The notes under the pieces were generated by a model. The model had not been told where the DNA came from. It searched no databases and worked only from the letters and a program-made list of their open reading frames with translations. DNA of 64,000 nucleotides from Candidatus Zixiibacteriota bacterium (GTDB lineage: Bacteria; RBG-13-66-14; B26-G2; WVWN01): contig JASFLY010000001.1 of the NCBI GenBank assembly GCA_050117845.1, positions 160,001-224,000 of the forward strand, given 5' to 3'. A program made the translations under genes and the position numbers. This document shows, piece after piece, positions 22,248 through 32,030 of the stretch. Positions within the stretch are counted from its first letter, which is position 1; every line of letters starts with the position of its first letter.

Positions 22248-22333
22248 CGCGTCGGTAACCGCGGCCTATAAGCGCGTGGCGCCGAGGCCGCGTTTTAACA
22301 CGCTCCCTTATTCGAACCCGCCCCGCCGAACGT

Positions 22334-22834
22334 TTAGTTCCAGTCGATGCGGACTTCTCGCGGGTCCCGCGGGTCTATCTTGACCGGGATGACGGAGCCG
22401 GGCTGGAACTGCGGGACGATGGCCCGGGGGATTATCGTGTCGAGCTGGACAACGTAGGGCGGCCGGGTCCCGTCGTCCACCTCGAGCGTGAGGCCCAGGT
22501 AGGGCTGGTCGTTGACGGTGGTCGTGCCGCCCAGGCTGCTCTCGCCGATACTCCGCACGGTGGCGCGGGCGGGCCGGCCGTGTTCCAGTATCCGCCGGGC
22601 CCTGGGGCCGCCGCCGAAGAGCGAGAGCATCGGCCTCATAAAAAGGACCGTGACGAAAATCGCGATGCCCACGCCTAAAGCGGCGGCGATGGTAACGACC
22701 CAGCCGCCCTCGACGAAACGCGCGAACGACGCCGAGCCGAATATCGACGGCCCCCATATCTGCGCCACCACCAGCGGCAAGAACAGGAACGGCAATAATA
22801 CCACCCACCAACGACGGAACCCGGACCGCGCCAT
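22334..22834 (-). CDS. Hypothetical membrane protein, tandem paralog A
   Basis: Two TM segments plus a C-terminal domain nearly identical to 22911-23411. Confidence 0.8.
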   Translation of the reverse strand: MARSGFRRWWVVLLPFLFLPLVVAQIWGPSIFGSASFARFVEGGWVVTIAAALGVGIAIFVTVLFMRPMLSLFGGGPRARRILEHGRPARATVRSIGESSLGGTTTVNDQPYLGLTLEVDDGTRPPYVVQLDTIIPRAIVPQFQPGSVIPVKIDPRDPREVRIDWN

Positions 22835-22910
22835 ACGATTTTGACCTCGTTGCGTCGGGGTTTCGCCCCGACTTGTTCGCGTTTTTTTCGAAGCTGACTT
22901 CGGGCGCCCG

Positions 22911-23411
22911 CTAATTCCAGTCGATACGGACTTCCTGCGGGTCCTTGGGGTCGACCTTCACGGGGATAACGGCGCCCGGCTGGAACTGCGGTATCAGGGA
23001 CCGGGGGATAATCGTATCCACCTGGACGAGGTACGGCGCCTGGTAGCCGTCGTCCACCTCCAGCGTCAGGCCGAGGTAGGGCTGGTCGTTGACGGTGGTG
23101 GTCCCGCCCAGGCTGCTCTCGCCGATACTCCGCACGATGGCCTGGGCCGGCCGGCCGTACTTCAGGATCCGCCGCGTCTTGGGGCTGCCGCCGAAGAACG
23201 ACATCATGGGTTTGATGAAGTGGCCGATGGAAGCGACGAACGGCAACGCGATGCACACGGCCATGATAACGATGCCCGCGGGGCCGTTCGCTATCATATC
23301 GTAATTCTTCTGGCCGATTATCTTCGGCGCCCAACTCCCCGACGACCCGGCCGCGATTACCGGGATCACCGACAGGTAAATCAGGCCGAAAGTCAACCAC
23401 TTTCGTGACAT
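22911..23411 (-). CDS. Hypothetical membrane protein, tandem paralog B
   Basis: Shares VRSIGESSLGGTTTVNDQPYLGLTLEVDDG...EVRIDWN with paralog A; same length. Confidence 0.8.
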   Translation of the reverse strand: MSRKWLTFGLIYLSVIPVIAAGSSGSWAPKIIGQKNYDMIANGPAGIVIMAVCIALPFVASIGHFIKPMMSFFGGSPKTRRILKYGRPAQAIVRSIGESSLGGTTTVNDQPYLGLTLEVDDGYQAPYLVQVDTIIPRSLIPQFQPGAVIPVKVDPKDPQEVRIDWN

Positions 23412-23463
23412 GTCGTTCCTTTCCCGTCGCCCGCCTCCCTTCGGGCGCGTCTCTTTCGCCGCT

Positions 23464-24366
23464 CTACTTTCCGGCGATTATTTCTTCTATGAGGTAGGTG
23501 AACCACACGGCGTAGAGGCCCAGCGGTTCCTCCTCCTCGTACGTTACGGCCTTGCCGACGCGCGCCGAGTTCACGCCCAGAAGGTAAACGCGGGGGCTCT
23601 GGGAGAGGTCCAGCCGGGCGTCGCGCGTCTGCATGATGCCGCCCGGCTTGGTGAGGACCGGACTGCCGCTGCACCCGCTGTGGAGTCGGCAGTCCATCAA
23701 AAAGTACGGCTCCCCCTCGAACGGGATGGGGTAAAACGAAGCCACGGTCCCCCGCCGCACGATGGGCAGGTTGTACTCCTCGTCGTAGAGTCCCAGCGGA
23801 TACCCAACCACGATGACGTCCTCGCCGACGTGGATGTAGATGTCCTCCGGCACGTTGTTGGCCCGGCTGAACGCCGTCACGACGTAACGCGTCTGGTAAT
23901 ACCGGGCGCCCAGGGGCAGCGCGACGACGTCGACGTCGCTCCCCTTCTCCGGGTGCTCGAGCCACCGGGGAAAGCCGTCCCGCGTATACAGGTCGATCTT
24001 GCGGACGTCGTTCTTGCGGATGTCGGTGCGGTCGGTGTGGAGGCGCAGCTTAAGCGCGTCCGGCACGTGGCCGTTCGCCGGGTCGTACACGACGTGGCGG
24101 CTCGTTATTAGATACAGCCTGTCGTCGGCCTCGTAGAAGAACCCGGCGGCCCGGGCGATGAGCTTGTTACTCTTGAAACACTCGATCTGGGCCACGGAGA
24201 ACGCCAGGTCGGAGATCTCGATGGAACCGCTCAACGCCTCGGCCGTAGCCGCCGTCCCCGGGTCCTGGGGCTCGATTACTTTAAGCACGCCCCCGGCCGG
24301 AGAGGCCAGCCAGGCCGCCGCGACGACGGCTACGACCGCCATACCGAAATAGTGCCGCGTTCTCAT
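23464..24366 (-). CDS. Secreted trypsin-like serine protease
   Basis: Signal peptide; triad motifs TSRHV, DVVAL and GCSGSP. Confidence 0.8.
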   Translation of the reverse strand: MRTRHYFGMAVVAVVAAAWLASPAGGVLKVIEPQDPGTAATAEALSGSIEISDLAFSVAQIECFKSNKLIARAAGFFYEADDRLYLITSRHVVYDPANGHVPDALKLRLHTDRTDIRKNDVRKIDLYTRDGFPRWLEHPEKGSDVDVVALPLGARYYQTRYVVTAFSRANNVPEDIYIHVGEDVIVVGYPLGLYDEEYNLPIVRRGTVASFYPIPFEGEPYFLMDCRLHSGCSGSPVLTKPGGIMQTRDARLDLSQSPRVYLLGVNSARVGKAVTYEEEEPLGLYAVWFTYLIEEIIAGK

Positions 24367-24411
24367 ATGGTTAATTATATAACTCCGGCCTCGCCGCGGC
24401 GCCGCCGGCGG

Positions 24412-26196
24412 TTAGAACTTCTCGCCCGGCCGGTGGTAAACTATGTCCCCGCCCACGGCCGTCAGGACGACGAAGTCGTCCAGCTTCTCGGGCTCGAGTT
24501 CGTGGGTCAAAAGGAACCACCACGACGTGACGTCCAGGATGTCCTCCGAGTATATAGCGAAGTCGCCGTACTTCCCGACCTCCAGCGAGCCTATCTCGTC
24601 GTCCCACATCAACGCCCGGGCGCAGTCTATCGTGTAGTGGCGCAGGATGCTCTCGGTCGATATCTTCTCGTGCTCGCCCCAGTCGGCGTTGCCGTGGTAG
24701 TTCATCCGCAGGCCCGCGACCAGGAAACCTAGGACCGGGTTCATCGGCCCCGCGCACCAGTCGCTCCCGAACGAGATGCTGACGCCGGCGTCCTCCAGGC
24801 TGTGCCACGGCGTCGTGCGGTTGAGGCGCTCCGGCCCCAGCGCCGCTTCCACCATCGCGTCGCCGTAGAAGTGGCAGGGCTGCATCGCGGCCAGGATGTC
24901 GAGGTCGGCCATCCGCCGGTAGTCCACCGGCCGGGGGTTGGGGCAATGCTCCACCCGGTGCCGGGAGTCGCGCGGCCCGTTGACCTCGCGGGCGTATTCG
25001 TAGGCGTCTATGAGTGCCTTGATGCCGGCGTCGCCGCAGGCGTGGGTGCAGCACTGGATTTCCATGGCGTCGATCAGGGCGACGACGCGGTTGAACTCCT
25101 CCTGCGTCTCCCACAGGAAGTGGCCGGTCGAATCCGGGTTGTTGCTGTAGGGCTCCGTCATGTACGCCGTGTGGTTGCTGCTCACGCCGTCGACGTAGAG
25201 TTTGACGGAATCGCCCAGCCGAAGGTGCTCGCTCGAACGGCCACCGAGTTCCTTCCACCTCGTAAGCGACTCCCTGAGCGCGTCCTCCTCCACGCCGTGG
25301 TGGCTCACGTAATACGAACAGCGGGCCCGGATGTGGTCCAGGCCGCCCCGCTCGTCGTACTCCAGGACGTAGGGGATGAACGGCTCATAGATCTGGACGT
25401 CGTTCAGGGCCGTGATGCCGTACGACCGGGCCTCGTCCAGCGTCCGGTCCATGGCGGCGAACATCTTCTCCCCGACCTCGGGGCCGAGTTCCTCCGGGTC
25501 GAAGTACTCCAGAGGGTTGACCGCGTAGAACTCGTACAGCACGCCGGTGGGCTCGCCCGTGGCCGTGTCCCTCTCCAGCCGGAAGTGGCTCAAGGCCTCC
25601 GGGTTCTTGGTTTGCATGCGCTCGAGCGTGATGGAGTTGACCCAGCCCGTCTCGCCGCCGTAGGACATGAGGAAGAGGGGCCGGTCGGGCAATATCTCGT
25701 CGGCCATCTCCTTGGTCGGAAGGCCGCCGGGCATATAGTCGTAGCGCCAGCCGATGCCCATCACGAACGGGTGGTCGGGGTTCGCCGCGGCGCATTCCCG
25801 GACCATCCGGGAGACGTCCTCGACGCTGTTCGCCTCGTAGAGGCTGACGAAATAGGCGCCCAGGCCGCCGATCCAGAGGTCGTGGCAGTGGTTGTCGATG
25901 AAACCCGGCACCAGGAGTCGGCCGTGGCCGTCGACGACGCGGGTGTTGGGGCCGATGAAGTCGGCCGCGCCGGCGTCGTCCCCCACGTACGCGATGCGCT
26001 CGTCCGCGACCGCTATCGCCTCGGCGCGGGTATCATTTTCGTCGCAGGTGACGACGCGGGCGTTGACGACCACCAGGTCTGCAGGCCGGGAGCCGTCCCG
26101 GGCGACCTCGGCGCCGAACGCCGGCGAAAAAGCGGCCCCCAGGCCGCACAGGATCCCCGCCCATAACATAGCCGTTCTACCTATCCGTTCCGACAT
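24412..26196 (-). CDS. Amidohydrolase (YtcJ/amidohydrolase-3-like), secreted
   Basis: PGFIDNHCH, HACGD, RVEH, FGSDW and GSLEVGKYGD. Confidence 0.9.
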   Translation of the reverse strand: MSERIGRTAMLWAGILCGLGAAFSPAFGAEVARDGSRPADLVVVNARVVTCDENDTRAEAIAVADERIAYVGDDAGAADFIGPNTRVVDGHGRLLVPGFIDNHCHDLWIGGLGAYFVSLYEANSVEDVSRMVRECAAANPDHPFVMGIGWRYDYMPGGLPTKEMADEILPDRPLFLMSYGGETGWVNSITLERMQTKNPEALSHFRLERDTATGEPTGVLYEFYAVNPLEYFDPEELGPEVGEKMFAAMDRTLDEARSYGITALNDVQIYEPFIPYVLEYDERGGLDHIRARCSYYVSHHGVEEDALRESLTRWKELGGRSSEHLRLGDSVKLYVDGVSSNHTAYMTEPYSNNPDSTGHFLWETQEEFNRVVALIDAMEIQCCTHACGDAGIKALIDAYEYAREVNGPRDSRHRVEHCPNPRPVDYRRMADLDILAAMQPCHFYGDAMVEAALGPERLNRTTPWHSLEDAGVSISFGSDWCAGPMNPVLGFLVAGLRMNYHGNADWGEHEKISTESILRHYTIDCARALMWDDEIGSLEVGKYGDFAIYSEDILDVTSWWFLLTHELEPEKLDDFVVLTAVGGDIVYHRPGEKF

Positions 26197-26216
26197 GCCG
26201 AACTCCTAATCTCTAA

Positions 26217-26609
26217 TCAATCGCCGTTATCTCCCGCCGGGGTTTCCCGGACGGAAATTAATTCCCAATACGACCCGGCTTCGTCGCGGAAGCCGGGCGG
26301 CGGGCCATAGGTCCGGTCCGGCGACCGGACGAACCCCATGACCAAATTCTCGTACTCCTCAAACGGCGCGAGCAGGCCGCCGTAGAGGTCCACCGTTCCG
26401 TAGACCGAGACGCTGACGGTTTCGTCGGGCAGTTCGCCGAATACGACTTCCTTCACCGTACAGGTGAAGACGTGGCCCCAGCCGTGACTGATCGTGTATT
26501 GGGCGTCGACGACGAGGACGAGCGCGACGTCGCTTTCGGCCTCGGCCGCGGCGACGGGCGCGGCGGCCGCAAGCAACGCCACCGCACTGAAAATCATCGT
26601 TCTCGTCAT
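26217..26609 (-). CDS. Hypothetical secreted protein
   Basis: GGAGG RBS and signal peptide (AAAPVAAA). Confidence 0.65.
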   Translation of the reverse strand: MTRTMIFSAVALLAAAAPVAAAEAESDVALVLVVDAQYTISHGWGHVFTCTVKEVVFGELPDETVSVSVYGTVDLYGGLLAPFEEYENLVMGFVRSPDRTYGPPPGFRDEAGSYWELISVRETPAGDNGD

Positions 26610-26640
26610 AATACGGCCTCCGCGTCGCCGCCGTCTTCGA

Positions 26641-27147
26641 TTACTTCTTCTCCAAAGGAACCTGGAGTTCCGTCACGTACTTCTCGGGGTCGTCCGGGTT
26701 CCATTCCAGGTAGACCTCCCGCGCCGGGCCCGCTATAACGAGGCCGTTATCCTGGATGTAGGCCATGAGCTCGCCCCAGGTTTCGCCGAGCGCCGGCCCG
26801 TAAGCCCCCCGGTGAATCGTGTAAATGACGTTGGCGCCGGGTATCGTCCGCGTCGATATGCCCTCGCCCTCGACGTCGGCCGAGACGGGCACGCAGGCCT
26901 CGATGTCGTGGCCCTCCTCCGTATCGCCTTCGTGGTAGAGCGCGAAGCACGGCCCGGCGATAGCCTCTCCCGCCGTGGCGTACAAGGCTTCCATATACTT
27001 GCCGACTTCCTCGTACTGACCGCGGAAACGCGCGGTCGCCGCTTCCACGTCGGCGACTTTCTTCTCATGTACCTCAATCTCGCCGGCGAAGGCGAGCGTC
27101 CCGGCCGCCAGAACGGCCGCGAGTAAAGCCACTACGGCTTTTCCCAT
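26641..27147 (-). CDS. GyrI-like small-molecule-binding protein with signal peptide
   Basis: HRGAY and REVYL...TELQVP. Confidence 0.85.
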   Translation of the reverse strand: MGKAVVALLAAVLAAGTLAFAGEIEVHEKKVADVEAATARFRGQYEEVGKYMEALYATAGEAIAGPCFALYHEGDTEEGHDIEACVPVSADVEGEGISTRTIPGANVIYTIHRGAYGPALGETWGELMAYIQDNGLVIAGPAREVYLEWNPDDPEKYVTELQVPLEKK

Positions 27148-27165
27148 AACCTCTCCTTATATAGT

Positions 27166-27546
27166 TTATCGTTTACCGCCCCTACTATCCAACCGTCGGG
27201 CCAAGAGGAACGCCCCCGCGCCGAACCAGCAAGGCAGCGTTATGACGCTCGCCGCCCAGGCCAGCGTGGCCCACCGGTTGAACTCGAACCAGGAAGCCGT
27301 CAGCGCCGCCGGAACCGCCGCCCCCAACAAGAGGAGGTACGGCGCCGCGGCCCCCGGCCACCGCCAGGCCAAGACCGCGGTAGCCGCAGCGACGGCCATT
27401 GTTACGGCGATACGGCCCACGTACGCCGGCGTCTTCGGTTCGTCCTCGTCGAAGAGCATCGCCCCCGGCAGGACGAACCAGACGACCGCCCACCCGGTAA
27501 CTACCACGAGTCCCGCCCGCCTGACCCATTTCGCCACGTCCTCCAT
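27166..27546 (-). CDS. Hypothetical 4-TM membrane protein
   Basis: AGGAG RBS and four hydrophobic segments. Confidence 0.65.
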   Translation of the reverse strand: MEDVAKWVRRAGLVVVTGWAVVWFVLPGAMLFDEDEPKTPAYVGRIAVTMAVAAATAVLAWRWPGAAAPYLLLLGAAVPAALTASWFEFNRWATLAWAASVITLPCWFGAGAFLLARRLDSRGGKR

Positions 27547-27856
27547 GACTTCTTACTCCTTTCATTTCGGGCCTTTACGAGAGGCCGGCCCCGGGAGTTT
27601 TGAGTACGAAAAGGACGACGGCGGTTACGCATTCGTTGGGGCGCGTCCGACCGGCGGGACCCTCCAACCGGATATTACCACATACGCGCCGAACGCAAAA
27701 CCCCCAACCGGCCCGGGACTTACGCAAAAAAAAGGTTGCAATGACCGGCGAGCTATGTCTTAATCCGGGGAGAGATTGGAGGGGAACGCTTCGCCGCCGG
27801 CCCGGAGGCGAGACGTACCCGGGGGAGTCACAACACGTCCGCGCCAGGAGGTTGAA

Positions 27857-28282
27857 ATGCTAATTGACGGGATTGCGTTACTCATCGCGGGTTTCTTGGC
27901 CGCACCGCAGTTGATACTGTCGAAAAAACCGGACGCCGCGGAAAAACTCGCCAGCGTCGCGAAGTGGCAGGGGTGGTTCGGCCTCATCATTTTCGTCTGG
28001 GGCCTGTGGGGCTTAATCTGGGCCGTTTTGAGCATCGGCTGGATCGCGGCCGGTTGGCCCGTCCGCTGGTTCACCTGGTTAATTTGTAACCTCGGCGAAC
28101 TTATTCTGGGCTTCCTCCTTGGCTACGGCCTCATCGCGAAGTACGCCTTCTCGAAGAGCGAAGCCGCGAAGGCCAAGGGCGAACAAGCTCTCAAGAAACT
28201 CGCCCCCATCCAGGGAACGCTGGCTATCATCGCTATTATCGTGGGTCTCTGGACTATTATCGCCTCCTTCCTTCCCTTCTAA
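27857..28282 (+). CDS. Hypothetical 4-TM membrane protein
   Basis: AGGAGG RBS before ATG 27857; followed by a hairpin. Confidence 0.8.
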   Translation: MLIDGIALLIAGFLAAPQLILSKKPDAAEKLASVAKWQGWFGLIIFVWGLWGLIWAVLSIGWIAAGWPVRWFTWLICNLGELILGFLLGYGLIAKYAFSKSEAAKAKGEQALKKLAPIQGTLAIIAIIVGLWTIIASFLPF

Positions 28283-28310
28283 GGCGATACGAAACAACTC
28301 TACGGACGTT

Positions 28311-28339
28311 AAGGCCGGCATTATTCCAATGCCGGCCTT
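28311..28339. terminator. Hairpin between convergent genes
   Basis: AAGGCCGGCATT-ATTCC-AATGCCGGCCTT, 12-bp stem. Confidence 0.75.
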
Positions 28340-28369
28340 CTCCTTTATACTGACGATTATCGGCGCCGC

Positions 28370-29218
28370 CTACCCGGGGCCGAAGCAATCGAAGCCGGCC
28401 TTCCTCCACGTCTCAATCTCCTCCGCGTTGAGCTCCACCATCATGTCGGAGGGGTAGCGGAGTTTAAAGAGGAACTCGGCGTTGTTTTTAATCCCCAGCG
28501 TACTCATTCTCTCCCGGTATTTCTCGACCCAGGCCGGCGTCTCCTGTTTGTCGGCCTCCACCGCCTCGACGAACACGCGTTCGAAGTACTTCTCGACGTT
28601 CTCGTCGAGCGAGCCGTACTTGTCGTCGAAGGCCCGTCGTATCTCCTCGTCGTCCGGCGTCCGGTATCGCTCCCGGTGCACGACGATTTCCGTCGCCAGC
28701 TTGGTGACGCCGCGGGGGACCGTTTTGGCGTAGCCGAGCGACAACAGCAGTACCGGAAACACGTACTCGGGGATATCGAAATACTCCCGGGCCTCGTCGG
28801 CCACGTACTGAATGCTCCCGACGTACACCGAACCCAGCCCCAGCTCCTCGGCCAGGACTACGGCGGTCTGGGCCGCGCAGATGACGTCGGCGTAGCCGAT
28901 GAGGGAATGCGACAGGGCCTCGTTGCCCCGGAAGTCGACGCCCGACTGCGCCGCCCACTTCTTGAGGCGCCAGAAGTCGAGGCAGAAAATCATCGTAAGC
29001 GGAGCGTTCTTGACCCAGGGCTGGTTGCCGACCATCTCGGCGAGCCGGGCCCGGCGTTCGGCCTCCTGCACCAGGATTATGGAAAGGGGTTGCATGTTGC
29101 CGCCGGTGGGGGCGTTGTTGGCGGCGCGGACGAGCTTGTCGATAACGTCGTCGGGAATGGGGCGGTTCTCGAAGTTCCGCACGGACCGCCGCCTCATTAG
29201 CAAGTCGTAGAGACCCAT
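28370..29218 (-). CDS. Nitroreductase family (NfsA/Frp-like)
   Basis: RRSVRNF, APTGGNMQ and LGLGSVYVG. Confidence 0.9.
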   Translation of the reverse strand: MGLYDLLMRRRSVRNFENRPIPDDVIDKLVRAANNAPTGGNMQPLSIILVQEAERRARLAEMVGNQPWVKNAPLTMIFCLDFWRLKKWAAQSGVDFRGNEALSHSLIGYADVICAAQTAVVLAEELGLGSVYVGSIQYVADEAREYFDIPEYVFPVLLLSLGYAKTVPRGVTKLATEIVVHRERYRTPDDEEIRRAFDDKYGSLDENVEKYFERVFVEAVEADKQETPAWVEKYRERMSTLGIKNNAEFLFKLRYPSDMMVELNAEEIETWRKAGFDCFGPG

Positions 29219-29239
29219 TCATTTCCTCCCGTAGGGTTT

Positions 29240-29602
29240 TTACGTTCCTTCGCCGTACGCGTCCAGGACCTCGGGCGGCAGGAGCGCCTCGCCCGGCGCC
29301 GTCATCTTCCCGGCCCGCAGCATTTTGAGGGCCCGCCGCTTGTTGTAGGCGGACCACGCGCTCCCCGGCCGCCGGGGCGAGAAGCGGCGCGTATACTTCT
29401 CGTCGTCGATGGCCTTCACGAGGCCGTCGATCCACCCGAAGCACACGGCCTCCTCCACCGCCTCGTCGTAGGGCAGCGACGGCTTCCCCGAGGCCTTCTT
29501 GTAGAAAACGACCCAGATTTCGTCCTTACTCTCGTGGTTCTCGGCCAACCATTGCCGCCACTCCTCCCGGGAGGCCGTGTCCAACGTCTCGCCGATTTCC
29601 AT
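29240..29602 (-). CDS. YdeI-like protein (N-terminal domain)
   Basis: WRQWLAENH, EAVCFGWIDG and FSPRR..S.WS..N. Confidence 0.85.
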   Translation of the reverse strand: MEIGETLDTASREEWRQWLAENHESKDEIWVVFYKKASGKPSLPYDEAVEEAVCFGWIDGLVKAIDDEKYTRRFSPRRPGSAWSAYNKRRALKMLRAGKMTAPGEALLPPEVLDAYGEGT

Positions 29603-29679
29603 CTCTTAAAACTCCTTATCCTGCCGCAAACGGAACCGCGGCCTCGCCGCGGGGAAAGCGCGGCCTGGCCGCAAGGGAA

Positions 29680-30024
29680 TTACTTCGCGCCGTGGGGCAC
29701 CAGGCACAGGAAGCGGAACGGCCCCGCGCCGACGTTCTTGAAATTGTGGTCCTCCCCCGGCGGCACCAGCGCCGCCGTGCCGGGCCGGAGTTCCCGCTCG
29801 CCCTCCGCGCCGGCGACGACGCCCTCGCCCTCCAGGACGAAGACCTCGTGTTCCCAGTCGTGGGCGTGGTAGGGGGTGTGGCCGCCCGGGGCCAGCTCGA
29901 ACTCGCGCAGCGCGAAACCCGGCGCGCCGTCATCTTCGGTTATAAGCCAGCGGATCTTGACGCCCTCGGCGCCCTCCGCCGCCACGTCGTCCTGCCGGAC
30001 TTCCTTGTAGTCCCTTACTATCAC
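29680..30024 (-). CDS. Cupin domain protein
   Basis: PGGHTPYHAHDWEHEVFVLEG ... H. Confidence 0.9.
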   Translation of the reverse strand: MIVRDYKEVRQDDVAAEGAEGVKIRWLITEDDGAPGFALREFELAPGGHTPYHAHDWEHEVFVLEGEGVVAGAEGERELRPGTAALVPPGEDHNFKNVGAGPFRFLCLVPHGAK

Positions 30025-30044
30025 GTTTCCTCCTTAATGCTTTT

Positions 30045-31004
30045 TTATCCCAACCGGTCGCGTATCGCCGCCAGCGCCGCCAGGCCCTTCTGTTCCGCAT
30101 CCCGCGCCGTGCGGAGCGCCGCCGCCGCCTCGCCGCAACGGGCCCTATCCTTGACGTGCCCCTCTCCCCGATCGAGGAACGGGAAGAGTTCGGCGACTTT
30201 TTTCAGCCCCGCCGCGACGGCCCGGTAATGTCCCTTCGCCTCGTCGAAGAGGCCGGCCGGTTCGCCCAGCCGCCCCTTCGCCTCCTCCAGGAACTTGACG
30301 GCGAAGTCCCGGCACTCGTGCCACACTTGCGCGTTATAAGCGGCGCCGAGGACGTGGGCCGTCCCGCCCTCCAGCGCTTCCGCCCATACGTCGAAGGCCG
30401 CGGGGCCGGATTTATATTTAGGAAATACCCATTCGGCCGGGCTCTCGGCGAAGGCGAGCGCGAAGGAGAGCGCCTCCCGCACCGTCGTACGGTCGTCCGC
30501 CGCGTCGCCCGGCATCAGCGAGTACATCTCCAGCATGCCTATCTCGGTATCGCCCAGTTCCCGCCAGGGCTTGGGGCCCGCCACGCCCTCGCGGGGCGGC
30601 CCGGAGTAGTAGTAGCCGACGTCATCGTAGCCGCAGATGACGTAGTACTCCGGCACGTCGAGCTCCCAACCGTACGACGGCATGTCGCCCTCGACGGCCA
30701 GTTTCAAATTATCCCAGAAGACGCGCTGCTTCTCGCCGAAGTCCGCGTCGTTCCGGGAGGCGCACAGGCCGGCGGCGACGTATCCGACGTTCTCGCCCAG
30801 CTTCCGCATCCGCCGGGTATTCCAGGCCGTGGGGCCGCTGGGGCATACGCCCTCGCCGATATTGATTATGAAGGCGTGGCCCGTGGCGCCGAAGAGCCAC
30901 GCGTTCGAAACGTTCATCTTCATGTAGTCCAAGCAGCCGGCGACGCAGCCGAGATGGGACACCCAGGCCGGTTTCCACCGCAAATTCGCCAGTTCCTTTT
31001 TCAT
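30045..31004 (-). CDS. Hypothetical protein (possibly papain-like/BtrH-N fold)
   Basis: Long ORF with RBS; GC..GCL near the N-terminus and VICGYDD. Fold call is tentative. Confidence 0.6.
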   Translation of the reverse strand: MKKELANLRWKPAWVSHLGCVAGCLDYMKMNVSNAWLFGATGHAFIINIGEGVCPSGPTAWNTRRMRKLGENVGYVAAGLCASRNDADFGEKQRVFWDNLKLAVEGDMPSYGWELDVPEYYVICGYDDVGYYYSGPPREGVAGPKPWRELGDTEIGMLEMYSLMPGDAADDRTTVREALSFALAFAESPAEWVFPKYKSGPAAFDVWAEALEGGTAHVLGAAYNAQVWHECRDFAVKFLEEAKGRLGEPAGLFDEAKGHYRAVAAGLKKVAELFPFLDRGEGHVKDRARCGEAAAALRTARDAEQKGLAALAAIRDRLG

Positions 31005-31078
31005 CCCCGAACCTCCGTTTCGGCCCCCGGTTCGACCGGGACCCGCGTGCGCGCCCTATCGCCGCGCCTCGTTTGCGC

Positions 31079-31927
31079 CTACCCGCTCTTCCGCGCCGTG
31101 TAAACGACCAGCGCGCCCATGGCCTCGACCGTCGGCCCCGGGAAATCGGGCCGTAAGTCGACGTCGTCGAAGCCGACGTCCTCGAGCAGCGCCCGGTACT
31201 CCTCGTCCGTGTAGGCCTGGAAGGTCTGGGCGTGGCGCGTGACCCCGGCCGAGGCCGCGTCGATAATGTAGTACCGCGTCGTCGCGGTCCCGCCCTCCTC
31301 GTCCCAGAAGTTCTCGTCCAGCCGCACGTACGGCTCGTCCGAGAATAGGCCCGCCTCCCTCGTGCGCCAGGAGGCGGGAGCGGTCCCGATGTGTTTGATG
31401 ACCTCCCGGGGGTGAACCTCGAGGAGGATAACGCCGCCCGGCGCCAGCGCCCGGTACATTTCGTCGAGAACGGCCCGGCCGTCCCCCGGCCTGAACGTGT
31501 TGAACTCGCCGAATATTATATAAGCCAGGCCGTAGCCGTCGCCGAAATCGCCGGTGCGAACGTCGCGGTGCTGGTACGTGGCGCTCAGACCTTCGCGACG
31601 GGCTTCCTCTGCGGCGTACTCTATAGAAGCCGGCGAGTAGTCTATCCCGGTGACCTCGTGGCCCCGCCGCGCCAGCCGGCCGGCGTACAGGCCCGGGCCG
31701 CAACACACGTCGAGGACCCTCACCGTCTTCCCGGCGAGTATGACGTCGTGGATCCAGGCCACGTGCTCGTCGACGACGGCGAAGCGGCGGCTGGCGGCGT
31801 CGTGCTCCTGGCTCAGGTGTTCGGCCAGCATCCGCCGGCTGAACGCGGGTTCGTCCCAGGGGATGTTCTCGCCCTCGGCCCAGGGGTCGGGCGGGACGTG
31901 TCTTTTTATCAGGTCGTTTAAATGCAT
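31079..31927 (-). CDS. Class I SAM-dependent methyltransferase
   Basis: VLDVCCGPG, GIDYS and ALAPGG. Confidence 0.88.
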   Translation of the reverse strand: MHLNDLIKRHVPPDPWAEGENIPWDEPAFSRRMLAEHLSQEHDAASRRFAVVDEHVAWIHDVILAGKTVRVLDVCCGPGLYAGRLARRGHEVTGIDYSPASIEYAAEEARREGLSATYQHRDVRTGDFGDGYGLAYIIFGEFNTFRPGDGRAVLDEMYRALAPGGVILLEVHPREVIKHIGTAPASWRTREAGLFSDEPYVRLDENFWDEEGGTATTRYYIIDAASAGVTRHAQTFQAYTDEEYRALLEDVGFDDVDLRPDFPGPTVEAMGALVVYTARKSG

Positions 31928-31978
31928 ACGGGAATCTACCATAACCGGGCGCCGGGGCCCAAACATATTTTCCGGCGC

Positions 31979-32004
31979 AAAAAACGCGGCCCGAAGGCCG
32001 CGTT
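31979..32004 (-). terminator. Rho-independent terminator
   Basis: AACGCGGCC-CGAA-GGCCGCGTT with an A6 tract (U-tract on the minus strand) downstream of the 32031-32648 gene. Confidence 0.8.
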
Positions 32005-32030
32005 CGTCATCAACGCTATAATTGTTTTAT

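Noticed and set aside
27740..27856. Riboswitch in the GC-rich leader of the 27857 gene
   Set aside because: No recognisable aptamer consensus or expression platform.
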